A stretch of DNA of 64,000 nt from Dehalococcoidia bacterium (GTDB lineage: Bacteria; Chloroflexota; Dehalococcoidia; Plut-88900), in NCBI GenBank assembly GCA_965197645.1, contig OZ240219.1:1856001-1920000 (forward strand), given 5' to 3'. A program made the translations under genes and the position numbers. Below the pieces are notes generated by a model. The model searched no databases, was not told the origin of the DNA, and saw nothing but the letters and a program-made list of their open reading frames with translations. Shown here in pieces: positions 1 to 9,980 of the stretch. Positions within the stretch are counted from its first letter, which is position 1. Each line of letters starts with the position of its first letter.

Positions 1-350
1 AACCGGCCCTGATAGAAGACGGGCGTTACGATACCGAGGTCGGGCAGGTGGCCGGCGCAGAGCCAGGGATCGTTGGTGAGGAAGACGTCGCCTGGGCTCA
101 ACTCATCCACGGGATACTTTTCGAGGACAGCCTTGGTGACGTTGGGCATGGTCATGTTGAAGACGGGCATGCTGCGGTAGGCGTGAGCGATGGACCGGCC
201 CTTTTCATCGAGGATTTCGCAGCCAAAGTCGTTGGCCGAGGCGATGATGGTGGATACCGAGGTGCGGAGGACCGTGGTCCACATCTCCTCAGCGATGTTG
301 AGCATCCGGCTCCACATTATCTCCAGGGATACAGGATCAAACTGCTTCAT
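1..350 (-). CDS. Hydantoinase B/5-oxoprolinase family subunit (5' part, runs off window)
   Basis: Manual translation from ATG at 350 (RBS GAGG): MKQFDPVSLEIMWSRMLNIAEEMWTTVLRTSVSTIIASANDFGC...PGDVFLTNDPWLCAGHLPDL; follows the hydantoinase A gene. Confidence 0.85.
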   Translation of the reverse strand, partial: MKQFDPVSLEIMWSRMLNIAEEMWTTVLRTSVSTIIASANDFGCEILDEKGRSIAHAYRSMPVFNMTMPNVTKAVLEKYPVDELSPGDVFLTNDPWLCAGHLPDLGIVTPVFYQGR

Positions 351-426
351 CTTCTACCTCACTGAGATTTCCGTTTGCCCTTCGATGGGCCGGCCCACCA
401 TGGGTGTAATTCCGCCGCTTGAGGGG

Positions 427-2541
427 TTATACAGTGCCTATCTCGATTACTAGGTTTAGCCACTCGTCTATGTAGCCGCTGTCCCGGGGCCCGATGATAG
501 CCGTGGCCTCCTGCTCCTCCACGATGGCTGGGCCTTCGATGTTGGTGCCGGGCTGGAGCCGGTACCGATCGAATACTGGGCAGTCTACGTAGCCATTGGA
601 GTCGGGGAAGTAGGCTTTGCGGCTGCCCTTTTGGGCTGTCGAGGGGTCGGCGTCTGCTGCCAGGGGTTCACGGCGCAGGTTGATGGAAGGCTCGGGGCCG
701 CTGACCAGCAGGCGCCAGTTCTGCACCTCTATGGGGATGTTCAGGTTCTTGCGGCTGTAGAGGTCCTGATAGATGTCCTGGAAGTCCGCTTCGATTCTGG
801 GTATGGCATCGGTGCCCAGCCTGCCGTCGCTGATGGGGACGTGAATCTCATGGATCTGGCCCACGAGACGCATGTCCGCGGTGCGGACCAGCTGCACCTC
901 TTGGGGTGATACCCCGATCTCGGCCAGGCGTTCCAGGCCGCGGGTCTCCATCTCGGAGTAAAGCTGATTGATGGTGTGCCAGTCGGTTTCGTGGAGGAGC
1001 CCGGGCAGGGAGCGGACCTCCTCGAAGGATAGGGGTGCGGCAAGGCAGCCCACGGCCGAAGTTACACCGGCTGCCAGGGGTGATATGACCTGGTTCACGC
1101 CCAGCGTCCTGGCGACCTCGCCGGCGTGCATGGGTCCTGCGCCTCCAAAGGCCATAATGGCGTAGTTTCTGGGGTCCTTGTTTCTTTCGATGATGTGGAT
1201 GCGGGCGGCGGACGCCATGTTTTCCGTGACCACCCGGTAGATTCCCCATGCGGTCTCGGTCTCCGAGAGATTTAGAGACCTACCGAGGCCGGAGACGGCG
1301 CGTTTGGCGGAATCAACGTCGAGACCCATCCGGCCGCCGAGGAAATAGCCGGGGTTGAGATAACCGAGGATAAGATCGGCATCGGTGACGGTGGGATCGG
1401 CGCCGCCCTGCCCGTAGCAGGCGGGCCCCGGACTGGCGCCCGAGCTGTGAGGGCCCACTTTGAGCAGGCCCAGATTGTCCACCCAGGCGATGCTCCCCCC
1501 ACCGGAGCCGATCTCGATCAGATCGACCACCGGCATGGTAACGGGAAGTCCGCTGCCCTTCTTGAATCGATGCAGCCGGGCCACCTCCAAGTGCTGGGTG
1601 ACGGGGGGCTTGGTGCCCTCTATCACACAGGTCTTGGCGGTGGTGCCGCCCATGTCCAGGGAGATAAGCTCAGGCCTGCCCAGAAGGTTGCCGTAGAAGC
1701 CCGCGGCCAGTGCGCCAGCGGCGGGCCCGGACTCCAGGAGCCGTATGGGATGCTCTCGAGCCCAGTCGCTGCCCATGACCCCGCCCTCGGACAGCATGAC
1801 CAGGAGTCTTCGCCGGTAACCTTTACCGGACAGCGTTTTTTCCAGGTTGCCCAGGTAGCTGGAGGCCTGGGGTTTGATGTAGCAGTCTGCGACGGTGGTC
1901 GAGGTGCGTTCGTACTCGTTGATGACGGGCGCCACCTCCGAGGATAGGGAGAGGGTCAGATCGGGGAAGCGGCCCGTTACGATTTCCTTCAGGGCCTTCT
2001 CGTTGGCCGGGTTCTTGTAAGAGTGGAGGAGGGATATCGCCAGCGCTTCCACGCCCTCTTCCTTCACCAGGCGTTGAATGAGGGGAATCACCTCCGACCC
2101 GTCGCACTCCTGGAATATCTCGCCGTCCCGGCTGATGCGTTCGGTGACCTCCTCCCGGAGATATCTAGGCACGAGGGGCGGAGGCATTTGGGCCTGGAGG
2201 TCGAAGATGTCGTACATCTGCTCGCGGCCCATCTCTAGCACGTCTCGGAACCCCTTCGTGGTGAGCAGGGCAGTGTGGGCGCCCTTGCGTTCGATGATGG
2301 CGTTGGTGTTCAGGGTGGTGCTGTGCACCACGACGCCCAACTGTTCGAAGGAGGTGGAGGCGGCGTCCAGGACCTGGGCGGCGCCTTCGATGACCGTGTT
2401 GGCTGGGTCCGAGGGGTCAGTCAGGACCTTGTGGACGGTGAGCCCTCCGGTACGCAAGTCCAGTAGGGAGAAGTCGGTGAAAGTGCCGCCGATATCGACG
2501 CCCAGGGCGTGGGTGAAGCTGTCTGTTGTTTGTGGCGTCAT
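427..2541 (-). CDS. Hydantoinase A/5-oxoprolinase family ATP-dependent subunit
   Basis: GVDIGGTFTD, SGPAAGA, DMGGTT, GPHSSGASPGPACYG, FGGAGPMH motifs. Confidence 0.93.
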   Translation of the reverse strand: MTPQTTDSFTHALGVDIGGTFTDFSLLDLRTGGLTVHKVLTDPSDPANTVIEGAAQVLDAASTSFEQLGVVVHSTTLNTNAIIERKGAHTALLTTKGFRDVLEMGREQMYDIFDLQAQMPPPLVPRYLREEVTERISRDGEIFQECDGSEVIPLIQRLVKEEGVEALAISLLHSYKNPANEKALKEIVTGRFPDLTLSLSSEVAPVINEYERTSTTVADCYIKPQASSYLGNLEKTLSGKGYRRRLLVMLSEGGVMGSDWAREHPIRLLESGPAAGALAAGFYGNLLGRPELISLDMGGTTAKTCVIEGTKPPVTQHLEVARLHRFKKGSGLPVTMPVVDLIEIGSGGGSIAWVDNLGLLKVGPHSSGASPGPACYGQGGADPTVTDADLILGYLNPGYFLGGRMGLDVDSAKRAVSGLGRSLNLSETETAWGIYRVVTENMASAARIHIIERNKDPRNYAIMAFGGAGPMHAGEVARTLGVNQVISPLAAGVTSAVGCLAAPLSFEEVRSLPGLLHETDWHTINQLYSEMETRGLERLAEIGVSPQEVQLVRTADMRLVGQIHEIHVPISDGRLGTDAIPRIEADFQDIYQDLYSRKNLNIPIEVQNWRLLVSGPEPSINLRREPLAADADPSTAQKGSRKAYFPDSNGYVDCPVFDRYRLQPGTNIEGPAIVEEQEATAIIGPRDSGYIDEWLNLVIEIGTV

Positions 2542-2733
2542 GTCGACCGTTCACATGCTAGGAAGAGGCTTCGCCTAGTATATAACACTAGATGGTCTGG
2601 GTCAGCGACCGGGGCCGTGAGCGGGGTCAGCGGGCAGGGGCGCGGCTTGTTGACGCTGAGCGAGCACCGCCTGTAAGATTGGGCCGATTTCGGGCGTAAC
2701 TCCCAATTCAAACTTGCCTTAATGGAGGTTGTC

Positions 2734-3534
2734 ATGGCTGCCGTAACGAAGGATGAAACCGTCGAGCTGAGAAGAGGAGCAGTCAAAACCCAAGTGAGGC
2801 GAGCCGGGAGCGGTCCACCGGTGGTGTTCCTGCATGGACTGGACACGGGCACGTGGAACCGGTTCTTCGATGACCTGGCGGCATCCTTCACGGTGTACGC
2901 TCCCCTCCATCCAGGGTTGAGCGACCCGGACTCCATTCGAAACATCGACAACCTCTGGGACCTGGTGCTTTACTACTACGAGCTGTTCGACGCCCTAGGC
3001 CTTCGAGACCCGGCGGTGATCGGCCATTCATTCGGAGGGATGGTGGCGGCAGAGGTGGCCGCTACCAACCAGGAGAGGGTTAGCAAGCTGGTGCTGATCG
3101 ACTCCCTGGGACTGTGGCGGGACGACTACCCGATGAAGGACCCGTTGGGGATGCCCCGTGATGCGGTAACGGAGGCTACCTTCTTCGATGTCGAAGGCGA
3201 AGTGGCTTTGTCGCTGACCAAGGCCCCGGAAGACCCGGATGCCAAGAACGATTATCTGATACAGGATATGTGGGCCAAGGCCTGCACCAGCAAATTCACC
3301 TGGCCGATCCCGGACAAGGGGCTGAAGTATCGGATACACCGGATAGTGGCGCCGACCCTGGTCATATGGGGCAAGAACGACGGCCTCACCGACCCGGTCT
3401 ACGCCCAAGAGTTCTCCGACAAGATGGAGAACGCGTCGGTGCAGGTCGAGGTCATCGACGAGGCGGGTAACTATCCTCACCTGGAGCAGCGAGAGAAAGT
3501 GGTTGGGCTGATCACCAGCTTCCTGAATACGTAG
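2734..3534 (+). CDS. Alpha/beta fold hydrolase
   Basis: FLHG oxyanion motif, GHSFGG nucleophile elbow; RBS GGAGG before ATG 2734; usual catalytic-His position reads AGNYPH. Confidence 0.9.
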   Translation: MAAVTKDETVELRRGAVKTQVRRAGSGPPVVFLHGLDTGTWNRFFDDLAASFTVYAPLHPGLSDPDSIRNIDNLWDLVLYYYELFDALGLRDPAVIGHSFGGMVAAEVAATNQERVSKLVLIDSLGLWRDDYPMKDPLGMPRDAVTEATFFDVEGEVALSLTKAPEDPDAKNDYLIQDMWAKACTSKFTWPIPDKGLKYRIHRIVAPTLVIWGKNDGLTDPVYAQEFSDKMENASVQVEVIDEAGNYPHLEQREKVVGLITSFLNT

Positions 3535-3603
3535 GAAGGTCGATTCCTCGGTCAAAAGGGGAGGAATGAGAATGAGTTACAGAATACTCCTAATAATCGG
3601 CAC
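3445..3603 (+). repeat. Imperfect direct repeat copy 1 (3' end of hydrolase + intergenic + start of next gene)
   Basis: CACCTGGAGCAGCGAGAGAAAGTGGT-GGGCTGATCACCAGCTTC-TGAA shared with 4398-4553. Confidence 0.85.
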
Positions 3604-4381
3604 GATTATTCTCTTCGGCATCGCCTGCACCATCGAGGTTCCCCAAGCCACCCCGGAGACAACACCGACTCCAAATCCGACGGAGACAAACGAGGAGGAG
3701 TTGCAAGCTGTCAACGAAATACTCGAAGAGGCAGGTTTGCCTACACGTACTCCGGATGAATGGGCCGAAAACTTGGAGTCGGTCCGCGACCAGGCTAATG
3801 CGACGCCTACCGGCACCCCGTTAATGATCTATGCGTCCTGCGAAGAGGCGGAGGCCGCAGGTGAACCACGAGTACTGGGTAGTGAGGGGATTGGGCTGGG
3901 CTTTCCAGCGGATAAAGTCCTCGATGACCGCGATGCGGATGGCGACGGTGTGGTATGCGAGGTGCAGCCACTCTCCACCTCAACGCCTGAGCCCACACCA
4001 ACTCCCACCCCCACCCCAACCGTTACTGCAACTCCAGTCCCCGCAGCCACGCTCCCCTTCGACATCACCGGGTCTGGTACGGTGGTGGAACGCATCACGC
4101 TGACCGAGGGATTCTACATCGTCGAGATGGATCTGAGGAACAACCAACAGTGTGCTGGGGACATCTGCGCCGATGACATTTTCACCGTAGGCATCGCGTC
4201 CATCAATGAAGTGGAGGGGATCTACGGAGAAATCCACGCATTCGATGGGTTCTCCACTGACTGGAGCGGCAGTGTCAGCGTACGAGTTGGGGGAGACAAG
4301 TTCGAAGGCCTGGTGCCCGGTGACCAGCTGGTCAACATCGAGTCAAGTGGCGACTGGACCATCCGCTTTTTCCCGCAGTAA
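3566..4381 (+). CDS. Putative lipoprotein with Excalibur-like Ca-binding motif and Pro/Thr linkers
   Basis: Lipobox GIAC; YASCEEAEAAG...DRDADGDGVVCE resembles Excalibur; PTPTPT linkers. Confidence 0.7.
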   Translation: MRMSYRILLIIGTIILFGIACTIEVPQATPETTPTPNPTETNEEELQAVNEILEEAGLPTRTPDEWAENLESVRDQANATPTGTPLMIYASCEEAEAAGEPRVLGSEGIGLGFPADKVLDDRDADGDGVVCEVQPLSTSTPEPTPTPTPTPTVTATPVPAATLPFDITGSGTVVERITLTEGFYIVEMDLRNNQQCAGDICADDIFTVGIASINEVEGIYGEIHAFDGFSTDWSGSVSVRVGGDKFEGLVPGDQLVNIESSGDWTIRFFPQ

Positions 4382-4397
4382 GGAGCGGACCCATAGC

Positions 4398-4553
4398 GTT
4401 GAGCTCATCGACCAGGCAGCAAACTATCCACACCTGGAGCAGCGAGAGAAAGTGGTAGGGCTGATCACCAGCTTCTTGAACTCGTAGAGGCCCTGTTCCT
4501 CCATCAAGCCGGAGGAGTGAGAATGCGATTCACCGCGTTCTTGATAATCGGAC
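4398..4553 (+). repeat. Imperfect direct repeat copy 2 (orphan hydrolase C-terminus VELIDQAANYPHLEQREKVVGLITSFLNS*)
   Basis: Near-identical to 3445-3603 in DNA and translation. Confidence 0.85.
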
Positions 4554-5923
4554 TGACCGTGGTACTGGCGGCATGTGGGAAGGTGGCAGGACCGGAGCCG
4601 TTGCGGGAGGAAACGCCTACTCCCGCCCCCTTGCGAGCAACCCCTGGGGTCACGGCCTCTCCCAATCCTGGAATCGCCACCCCCGGACCGGAGGTCACGG
4701 CCTCAAATCCAACCCCTACTCCAACGGCTGTTCCGACAACCCCCATCGCCTCCCACTCCACCGAAGCTGTAGCAACTGTCACAAAACCCTTTCCTGATCC
4801 CGCCAAGCGATATCCGCTCAACATAGAGCCGGCCTTTCCCGGCCTCCCTAGGCTAAAGCTCCCCGTGGCTCTGGTGGACGTGCCGAAGCACGATCTGTTT
4901 CTAATCGCCCTGCAGGACGGCCTCGTTCTCTCCGTACCCCGCGGAGGCCCCTACGATAACCCCCGCATAGTGCATGACCAAAGAGACCGAACGCTCCGCT
5001 ACGCCTACGAAGAGGGCTTTCTAGCGCTCGCGCTGGATCCCAGTTTCGACCAAAACGGCTACGTCTACGCCTATTACAGCTATAGTCCCGGCCCTGAGGA
5101 ACGCTCCACACGGCTCGTGCGCTTCGCGACCACAGGCGAAGGTGACACCTTCACCTTCGATGCCGACAGCGAGTTCGTCATACTCGAGATACCCCAACCC
5201 AATTGGAACCACAATGGCGGTAGTTTGGTCTTCGGTCCCGACGGCATGCTTTACTTGGGCATAGGAGACGGCGGTGGAGACGGTGATCCCCAGGGAAACG
5301 GCCAGAATCCGGGAACTCTGTTGGGCACCGTGATCCGAATCGATGTCCGCAACCCATCGGCCGAACAACCCTACTCCATACCTCCAGACAACCCTATGGT
5401 CACCATCGAGGGAGCCCGCCCCGAAGTTTGGGCCTACGGGTTTCGCAATCCATGGCGGTTGAGCTTCGATGCTGAGACGCGCCTTCTCTGGGCCGCCGAT
5501 GTCGGCCACTACCACGCTGAGGAGGTCAATATCGTCCGGCCGGGTGAGAACTACGGCTGGAACATCACGGAGGGTACCAGTTGCTTCCCTCAAGATCAGA
5601 CCTGTGATCTTGCCGGCCTGACGCTGCCTGTCTGGGAGTACGGCCGTTCCTCTGGATGCGCCGTCATCGGAGGCTACGTCTACCGGGGGAATGAGGTCCC
5701 CTCAATCGTTGGTCGGTATGTCTTCGCAGACTACTGCACTGGGCGTGTCTGGGGGATACATGCCGGAACCGCAGCCGCCGGAGAGTCCGTAGAATCGTTG
5801 TTGCTAGCCGATAGCGGCCTGCGCTTCATTCTGTCACTGGCGGAGGATGCCTCTGGCGAGATTTATCTCCTGATCGGTGAGGAAGAAAGTAAGGATCGGA
5901 TCTACTGCCTTGTTGCACGGTAG
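4517..5923 (+). CDS. PQQ-dependent glucose/sorbosone dehydrogenase family lipoprotein
   Basis: Lipobox LAAC; NHNGG, FGPDGMLYLGIGDGG, YGFRNPWR, ADVG, EEVN, NYGW motifs. Confidence 0.9.
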   Translation: MRMRFTAFLIIGLTVVLAACGKVAGPEPLREETPTPAPLRATPGVTASPNPGIATPGPEVTASNPTPTPTAVPTTPIASHSTEAVATVTKPFPDPAKRYPLNIEPAFPGLPRLKLPVALVDVPKHDLFLIALQDGLVLSVPRGGPYDNPRIVHDQRDRTLRYAYEEGFLALALDPSFDQNGYVYAYYSYSPGPEERSTRLVRFATTGEGDTFTFDADSEFVILEIPQPNWNHNGGSLVFGPDGMLYLGIGDGGGDGDPQGNGQNPGTLLGTVIRIDVRNPSAEQPYSIPPDNPMVTIEGARPEVWAYGFRNPWRLSFDAETRLLWAADVGHYHAEEVNIVRPGENYGWNITEGTSCFPQDQTCDLAGLTLPVWEYGRSSGCAVIGGYVYRGNEVPSIVGRYVFADYCTGRVWGIHAGTAAAGESVESLLLADSGLRFILSLAEDASGEIYLLIGEEESKDRIYCLVAR

Positions 5924-6138
5924 TGCGGGCGGCCACGGAGCGATCAAAGAGGACTCGAGCCATGTGCACGACACGGCCCCGATAGTAGACTGATTTCGTA
6001 AAAAGCTCGATCTGGTAACGCTCACCCGGCTCCCTGAAGCTGCTGACCAATGTAGTGGGGTTACAGAGTGGTTGCAAGGGGTTGGGCCGCTGGGACTTGG
6101 ATAGGCTGGGCTTGAGGTACACGACAGCTATAGGGGTA

Positions 6139-6164
6139 AGGCTAAGAGGGTCGGATTCGTACCC
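6139..6164 (-). repeat. Degenerate copy of tRNA-Ser 3' end (old att scar)
   Basis: AGGCTAAGAGGGTCGGATTCGTACCC vs TGGCGGAGAGGGTGGGATTCGAACCC at 30645-30670 (21/26 by eye), same orientation. Confidence 0.55.
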
Positions 6165-6246
6165 GGGCTGGTGCAGAGAATGGGCGATGGCACTTCACCT
6201 CGGAGAGACTTGCCACACTACGATCCGTTACTGTACGCTCGACCGC

Positions 6247-6591
6247 ATGACTCACCCACTCCGAGGCGCCCAAAGCCCTGTCGTCGTGACCGTCTATCCG
6301 ATGACCGGCCGCCAGCTTTTCTTCAACGTCCCTCACGCCGTCTGCAAGGAGTGCGACCTGACCGTTCACCTGGTACAGCGCGTCGCCGCCGACTTCCCCG
6401 ATGTCGAAGTTAGGATCAAACCGTGGTTTAGTCACCTCTTCGATGCTCTGCGACGTGGAGGATGGCATCCGCCCGTCGTTACGATCAATGGAAGAGTCAG
6501 TACCCAGGGAGTAGTCCCGGACGAAGACGGGCTGCGCCGCGAGCTAATGCACAGTGTAGGCCCTGTGGTCGCAGGCGCCGATGGCGACTGA
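6247..6591 (+). CDS. Thioredoxin/glutaredoxin-like protein
   Basis: CKEC motif, HPPVVTING cis-Pro-like segment; start placed at ATG 6247. Confidence 0.65.
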   Translation: MTHPLRGAQSPVVVTVYPMTGRQLFFNVPHAVCKECDLTVHLVQRVAADFPDVEVRIKPWFSHLFDALRRGGWHPPVVTINGRVSTQGVVPDEDGLRRELMHSVGPVVAGADGD

Positions 6592-7498
6592 CCATTCTGC
6601 CTCCGTGACCTCCACCGAGGCTTCACGCACTCTTCTCGGCGGCCTTGTCGCAGTCCACTCTACCCGTGAGTGGCTCAGGGTCTGGGCAGCCATCCTCATC
6701 CTCTTCGGTCCTGCAAGACTCGTCCTTCGTCTCACCACGGTTGTGGCAGATATGATCCCTATCCGCGGTCGGTCGGTCTGCCGGGTCGCTGAGCGTTGGT
6801 GGGCTCGGTTGGCTGCCCGTCTCCTCGGTCTGAAGATTTGCATCAAGGGCCTCGAACACATCGACCCGAACGAGCGATATGTGGTTGTATCGCTTCACGA
6901 AGGCTTCGCTGACGGCCTCGCCCTGCTCCATCTACCCCTATCGTTGACCGTGGTTGCTCGGAACGAGCTCATCACGTTCCCGCTTCTGGGCGGCCATCTC
7001 GCTCGCGGGCGGCACCTCTTCATCCGGCCCGAAAGTCCGGGACCAGCGGCCCGCACTCTTCTTGGCGGCGCCCGCGCTGCCATCGAGGCCGGAGAAAGTG
7101 TCCTCCTGTTCCCGCAGGGTTCTATCCTAGGAATCGAAGTCGCATTTCAGCCCGGAGCCTTCAATCTTGCGAGACGGCTCGGCCGACCGATTCTCCCCGT
7201 CGTTGTCACTGGCGGACACCGTGTCTGGGAGCACCCCTTCTCCCCCACGCTTCGCACCGGCCAGTCCATGAGCCTCGTCGTCCTGCCACCTATCCCGTCT
7301 GAAGAAGCCGTCTCCCGGCAAAGAACGATCGAACGGCGCATGAAACGGCTTGCCATTGCCAGCGCTACGCCACCCCGCCACTTCGATCCTAGTAAGGACG
7401 GCTTCTGGGATGGCTACCGATACGAGATAGACATAGCGTTCCCCGACCTTGCCCATCGAATCGCCACCCATCGCGCTCTACAATCTCATGGCAAATAG
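6581..7498 (+). CDS. Lysophospholipid acyltransferase (PlsC-like)
   Basis: HEGFAD (HxxxxD), FIR, FPQGS (FPEGT-like), PILPV motifs. Confidence 0.8.
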   Translation: MATDHSASVTSTEASRTLLGGLVAVHSTREWLRVWAAILILFGPARLVLRLTTVVADMIPIRGRSVCRVAERWWARLAARLLGLKICIKGLEHIDPNERYVVVSLHEGFADGLALLHLPLSLTVVARNELITFPLLGGHLARGRHLFIRPESPGPAARTLLGGARAAIEAGESVLLFPQGSILGIEVAFQPGAFNLARRLGRPILPVVVTGGHRVWEHPFSPTLRTGQSMSLVVLPPIPSEEAVSRQRTIERRMKRLAIASATPPRHFDPSKDGFWDGYRYEIDIAFPDLAHRIATHRALQSHGK

Positions 7499-7649
7499 GA
7501 TCGCGTGGCGCACGGCAAACTGGAATGATCTAAGTACGCTATGTATCTCTAAAGCGGCGCTATTCGCGGGCGGTGGGCAAACCTCTACCTGACGATAGCC
7601 GATATCGTCGTCAATCTCCCAGGAGGTGATTGTAGGACGGTTCAGGATG

Positions 7650-7670
7650 TGGCGGAGAGGGTGGGATTCG
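7650..7670 (-). repeat. att-type direct repeat of tRNA-Ser 3' end
   Basis: TGGCGGAGAGGGTGGGATTCG identical to 30645-30665. Confidence 0.9.
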
Positions 7671-7779
7671 GATTTAGCTATAAATGTGCCGCAATGATTA
7701 CCACAATTATTGGCCGAAAGAACATCCCCGATGAGCCTCAGGTGGGCCGTGACTTCAAGCCTCCATCTGACAGTAAGGT

Positions 7780-8260
7780 TGGACAGAGGAAGACCCACCC
7801 GCCATCAACGTAGCCCGTCCGCAGTTACTCCTTCGTCTGTCGCTCTCGTTGGATTGACATGACCTTACTAGTGGCGGCGTCCATGACCACCGCTCATCGC
7901 CAGTTGGACGTCTTCGGCGGCTCGATGATGCCCCCGGTACCAGCTCTTCCCCAGGGAGGCGTCGATGATGAAGCGATCTGCCTCGAGATCGATCCGGTCC
8001 CACGTTAAGGTCAGCGAATCGCCGAGGTGCAAGGCTGTTTGACCGATCGGATGAATGTCGGGATAAACCCATAAGACCCGCGGCTTGGGTTTGAGCATAG
8101 GCAGTCTTGGCCACCTGAACATTGGGTGTCTCGAACTCCCTCACCACCACTGGGAAGGCCGGAGACAGGGGACACGAGGTTCCGATGGATCATCTCTATC
8201 TTGAGAGCCTTCTTTATCCCGCTCGATAGCATCTTGTGTACGAGCTGCGCCGAGCGAGTC
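7780..8260 (-). pseudogene. Heavily degraded tyrosine integrase (lambda/ICE-type)
   Basis: Frame-hopping fragments VHKMLSSGIKKALKIEMIHRN; TALHLGDSLTLTWDRIDLEADRFIIDASL (TGLRxGE..LTW..IDL box); EPPKT..R*AVVMD..GYVDGGWVF; boundaries approximate. Confidence 0.65.
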
Positions 8261-8404
8261 TGTTCGGCCGATAGTCGACAGTGAAGTTGCTGCTAAGTGA
8301 GCTCTGACCGCATCTGCTTGTTACCCTAGATGACTAGATGTGTTCGATAACGCTGGGGTGCTCGCATTGCCGATACTAGTGGGCCTAGTAGATCTCTAAC
8401 GTTT

Positions 8405-9961
8405 CTATGCAATAACCCCTTCCTTCCAGTCCTTCAGTATCTCGTGGGCGGCATTGTGGCCCGGCGCCCCCGTCACCGTGCCACCCGGATGGGTACCTGC
8501 ACCGCATAGATACAGGTTACGGATGGGCGTTCTATAGTTGGCCCAACCGGAAAAGGGACGTTGTTGAAACAGCTGTCCTGGAACACAATCGCCGTGGAAC
8601 ATGTGGCCGCCCGTCATATAGATCCTGTCCTCCAGATCTTGAGGAGAGATGAAAACATAGTCGTCAATGATCTCTTTCAGGTTGGGTATGTATTCCTCCA
8701 TCAGGTCTACACAGTGCTCGACGTATGAATCGCCGATCTGCGCCCAGGCACCCTCCTTCAGATGGTATGGCGCCCACTGCCCATAGACCGTCATATAGTG
8801 TTTTCCCGGGGGCGCCATACTGGAGTCCATGGCCGAGTGGATGATTCCGGAGAGATAAGGCCCTTGAGCAGGCCGTCCGTATTTCGCGTCGTCCCAGGCC
8901 TTTTCCAAGTATTCCACGGTAGGACAAATCCAAAAGAGACCCTGGTGCTGCGAGCCGAGGCCCTTACCCGGTATCGCCTTGAATTCCGGCAGCCCGTCTA
9001 AGGCAAAGTGGATGTTGAAGGTCATCCCTTCCGACCGGATGTTTCCCACTTGGGTCTGAATCTCCGAATCCAGGTGCTCCGGCTCCAACAACCCGAGGAA
9101 AGTGCGCTTAGGGTCAGCGTTGGAGGCGATTACTTTAGCCTCAATAACCCTTCCGTCCGTTAGCTCCACACCCTTGGCCTTCCCATTGTCCACAGTTATC
9201 CGGGCCACTTCCGACTCGGTGTAAACATGGGCGCCAAAGCTATGGGCTGACATGGCCAGGGACTGGGTTATGGTACCCATGCCTCCCGGAACTCGACCCC
9301 AGGCCGTGCCTGGTTCGGGCCAGTAGTGCAGCATCATATAAGCCGAGCCAGGAGACATTGGCCCCCCGCCTATACCCGTCATTCCCCGCGGAGCGATGGA
9401 TGCCTTCACTTCTTCCGACTCGAAACGCGCGTCAAGGAATCCTTTCATAGTGCCGAACATTATCTCCTGGAAGCCCTTCAGCTCTCCCGCATCGGCGAAT
9501 TTTGACTCCAGCTCACCCAGGGACACCGGAGGCCGCAGCTCCAAGGACGGCTTGATGATCGAAGCCAGCTTGTCCATTTGCTTCTCAAACCGGAGGTAAG
9601 CTTGCGCATCCCTCTTTGAGAATTTCGCCACCTCGGACATGCTCTTATCTGGGTCTCTCCAATATTGTATGTAGCGACCATCCGGGAAGAGGTGCAGCCG
9701 ATGGGGATCGAAGGGGACCAGCTCGAATCCGAACTTATGGAGCTGCAGGTCACGGATGACCTTCGTCTTCAGCAACCCGCCGATTTGGGCGCCGGTACAA
9801 ACTTTGTATCCCGGAAACAGCTCCTCTGTTACGCACGCTCCGCCTACGATGTCTCGCCGCTCCAACACAGCAGTATTCAGCCCGGCTTTGGCCAGGTAGG
9901 CGGCACACACCAGACCATTGTGCCCACCCCCGACAATTGCGACGTCGTAGATTTCCGGCAT
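8405..9961 (-). CDS. FAD-dependent oxidoreductase, phytoene desaturase/PYROXD2-like
   Basis: GGGHNGLVCAAYLA, LERR..VGGA, GGMG, LYLCGAGTHPGG.VTGAPGHNAA. Confidence 0.9.
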   Translation of the reverse strand: MPEIYDVAIVGGGHNGLVCAAYLAKAGLNTAVLERRDIVGGACVTEELFPGYKVCTGAQIGGLLKTKVIRDLQLHKFGFELVPFDPHRLHLFPDGRYIQYWRDPDKSMSEVAKFSKRDAQAYLRFEKQMDKLASIIKPSLELRPPVSLGELESKFADAGELKGFQEIMFGTMKGFLDARFESEEVKASIAPRGMTGIGGGPMSPGSAYMMLHYWPEPGTAWGRVPGGMGTITQSLAMSAHSFGAHVYTESEVARITVDNGKAKGVELTDGRVIEAKVIASNADPKRTFLGLLEPEHLDSEIQTQVGNIRSEGMTFNIHFALDGLPEFKAIPGKGLGSQHQGLFWICPTVEYLEKAWDDAKYGRPAQGPYLSGIIHSAMDSSMAPPGKHYMTVYGQWAPYHLKEGAWAQIGDSYVEHCVDLMEEYIPNLKEIIDDYVFISPQDLEDRIYMTGGHMFHGDCVPGQLFQQRPFSGWANYRTPIRNLYLCGAGTHPGGTVTGAPGHNAAHEILKDWKEGVIA

Positions 9962-9980
9962 GAATCTCTAGAACCTGCCT

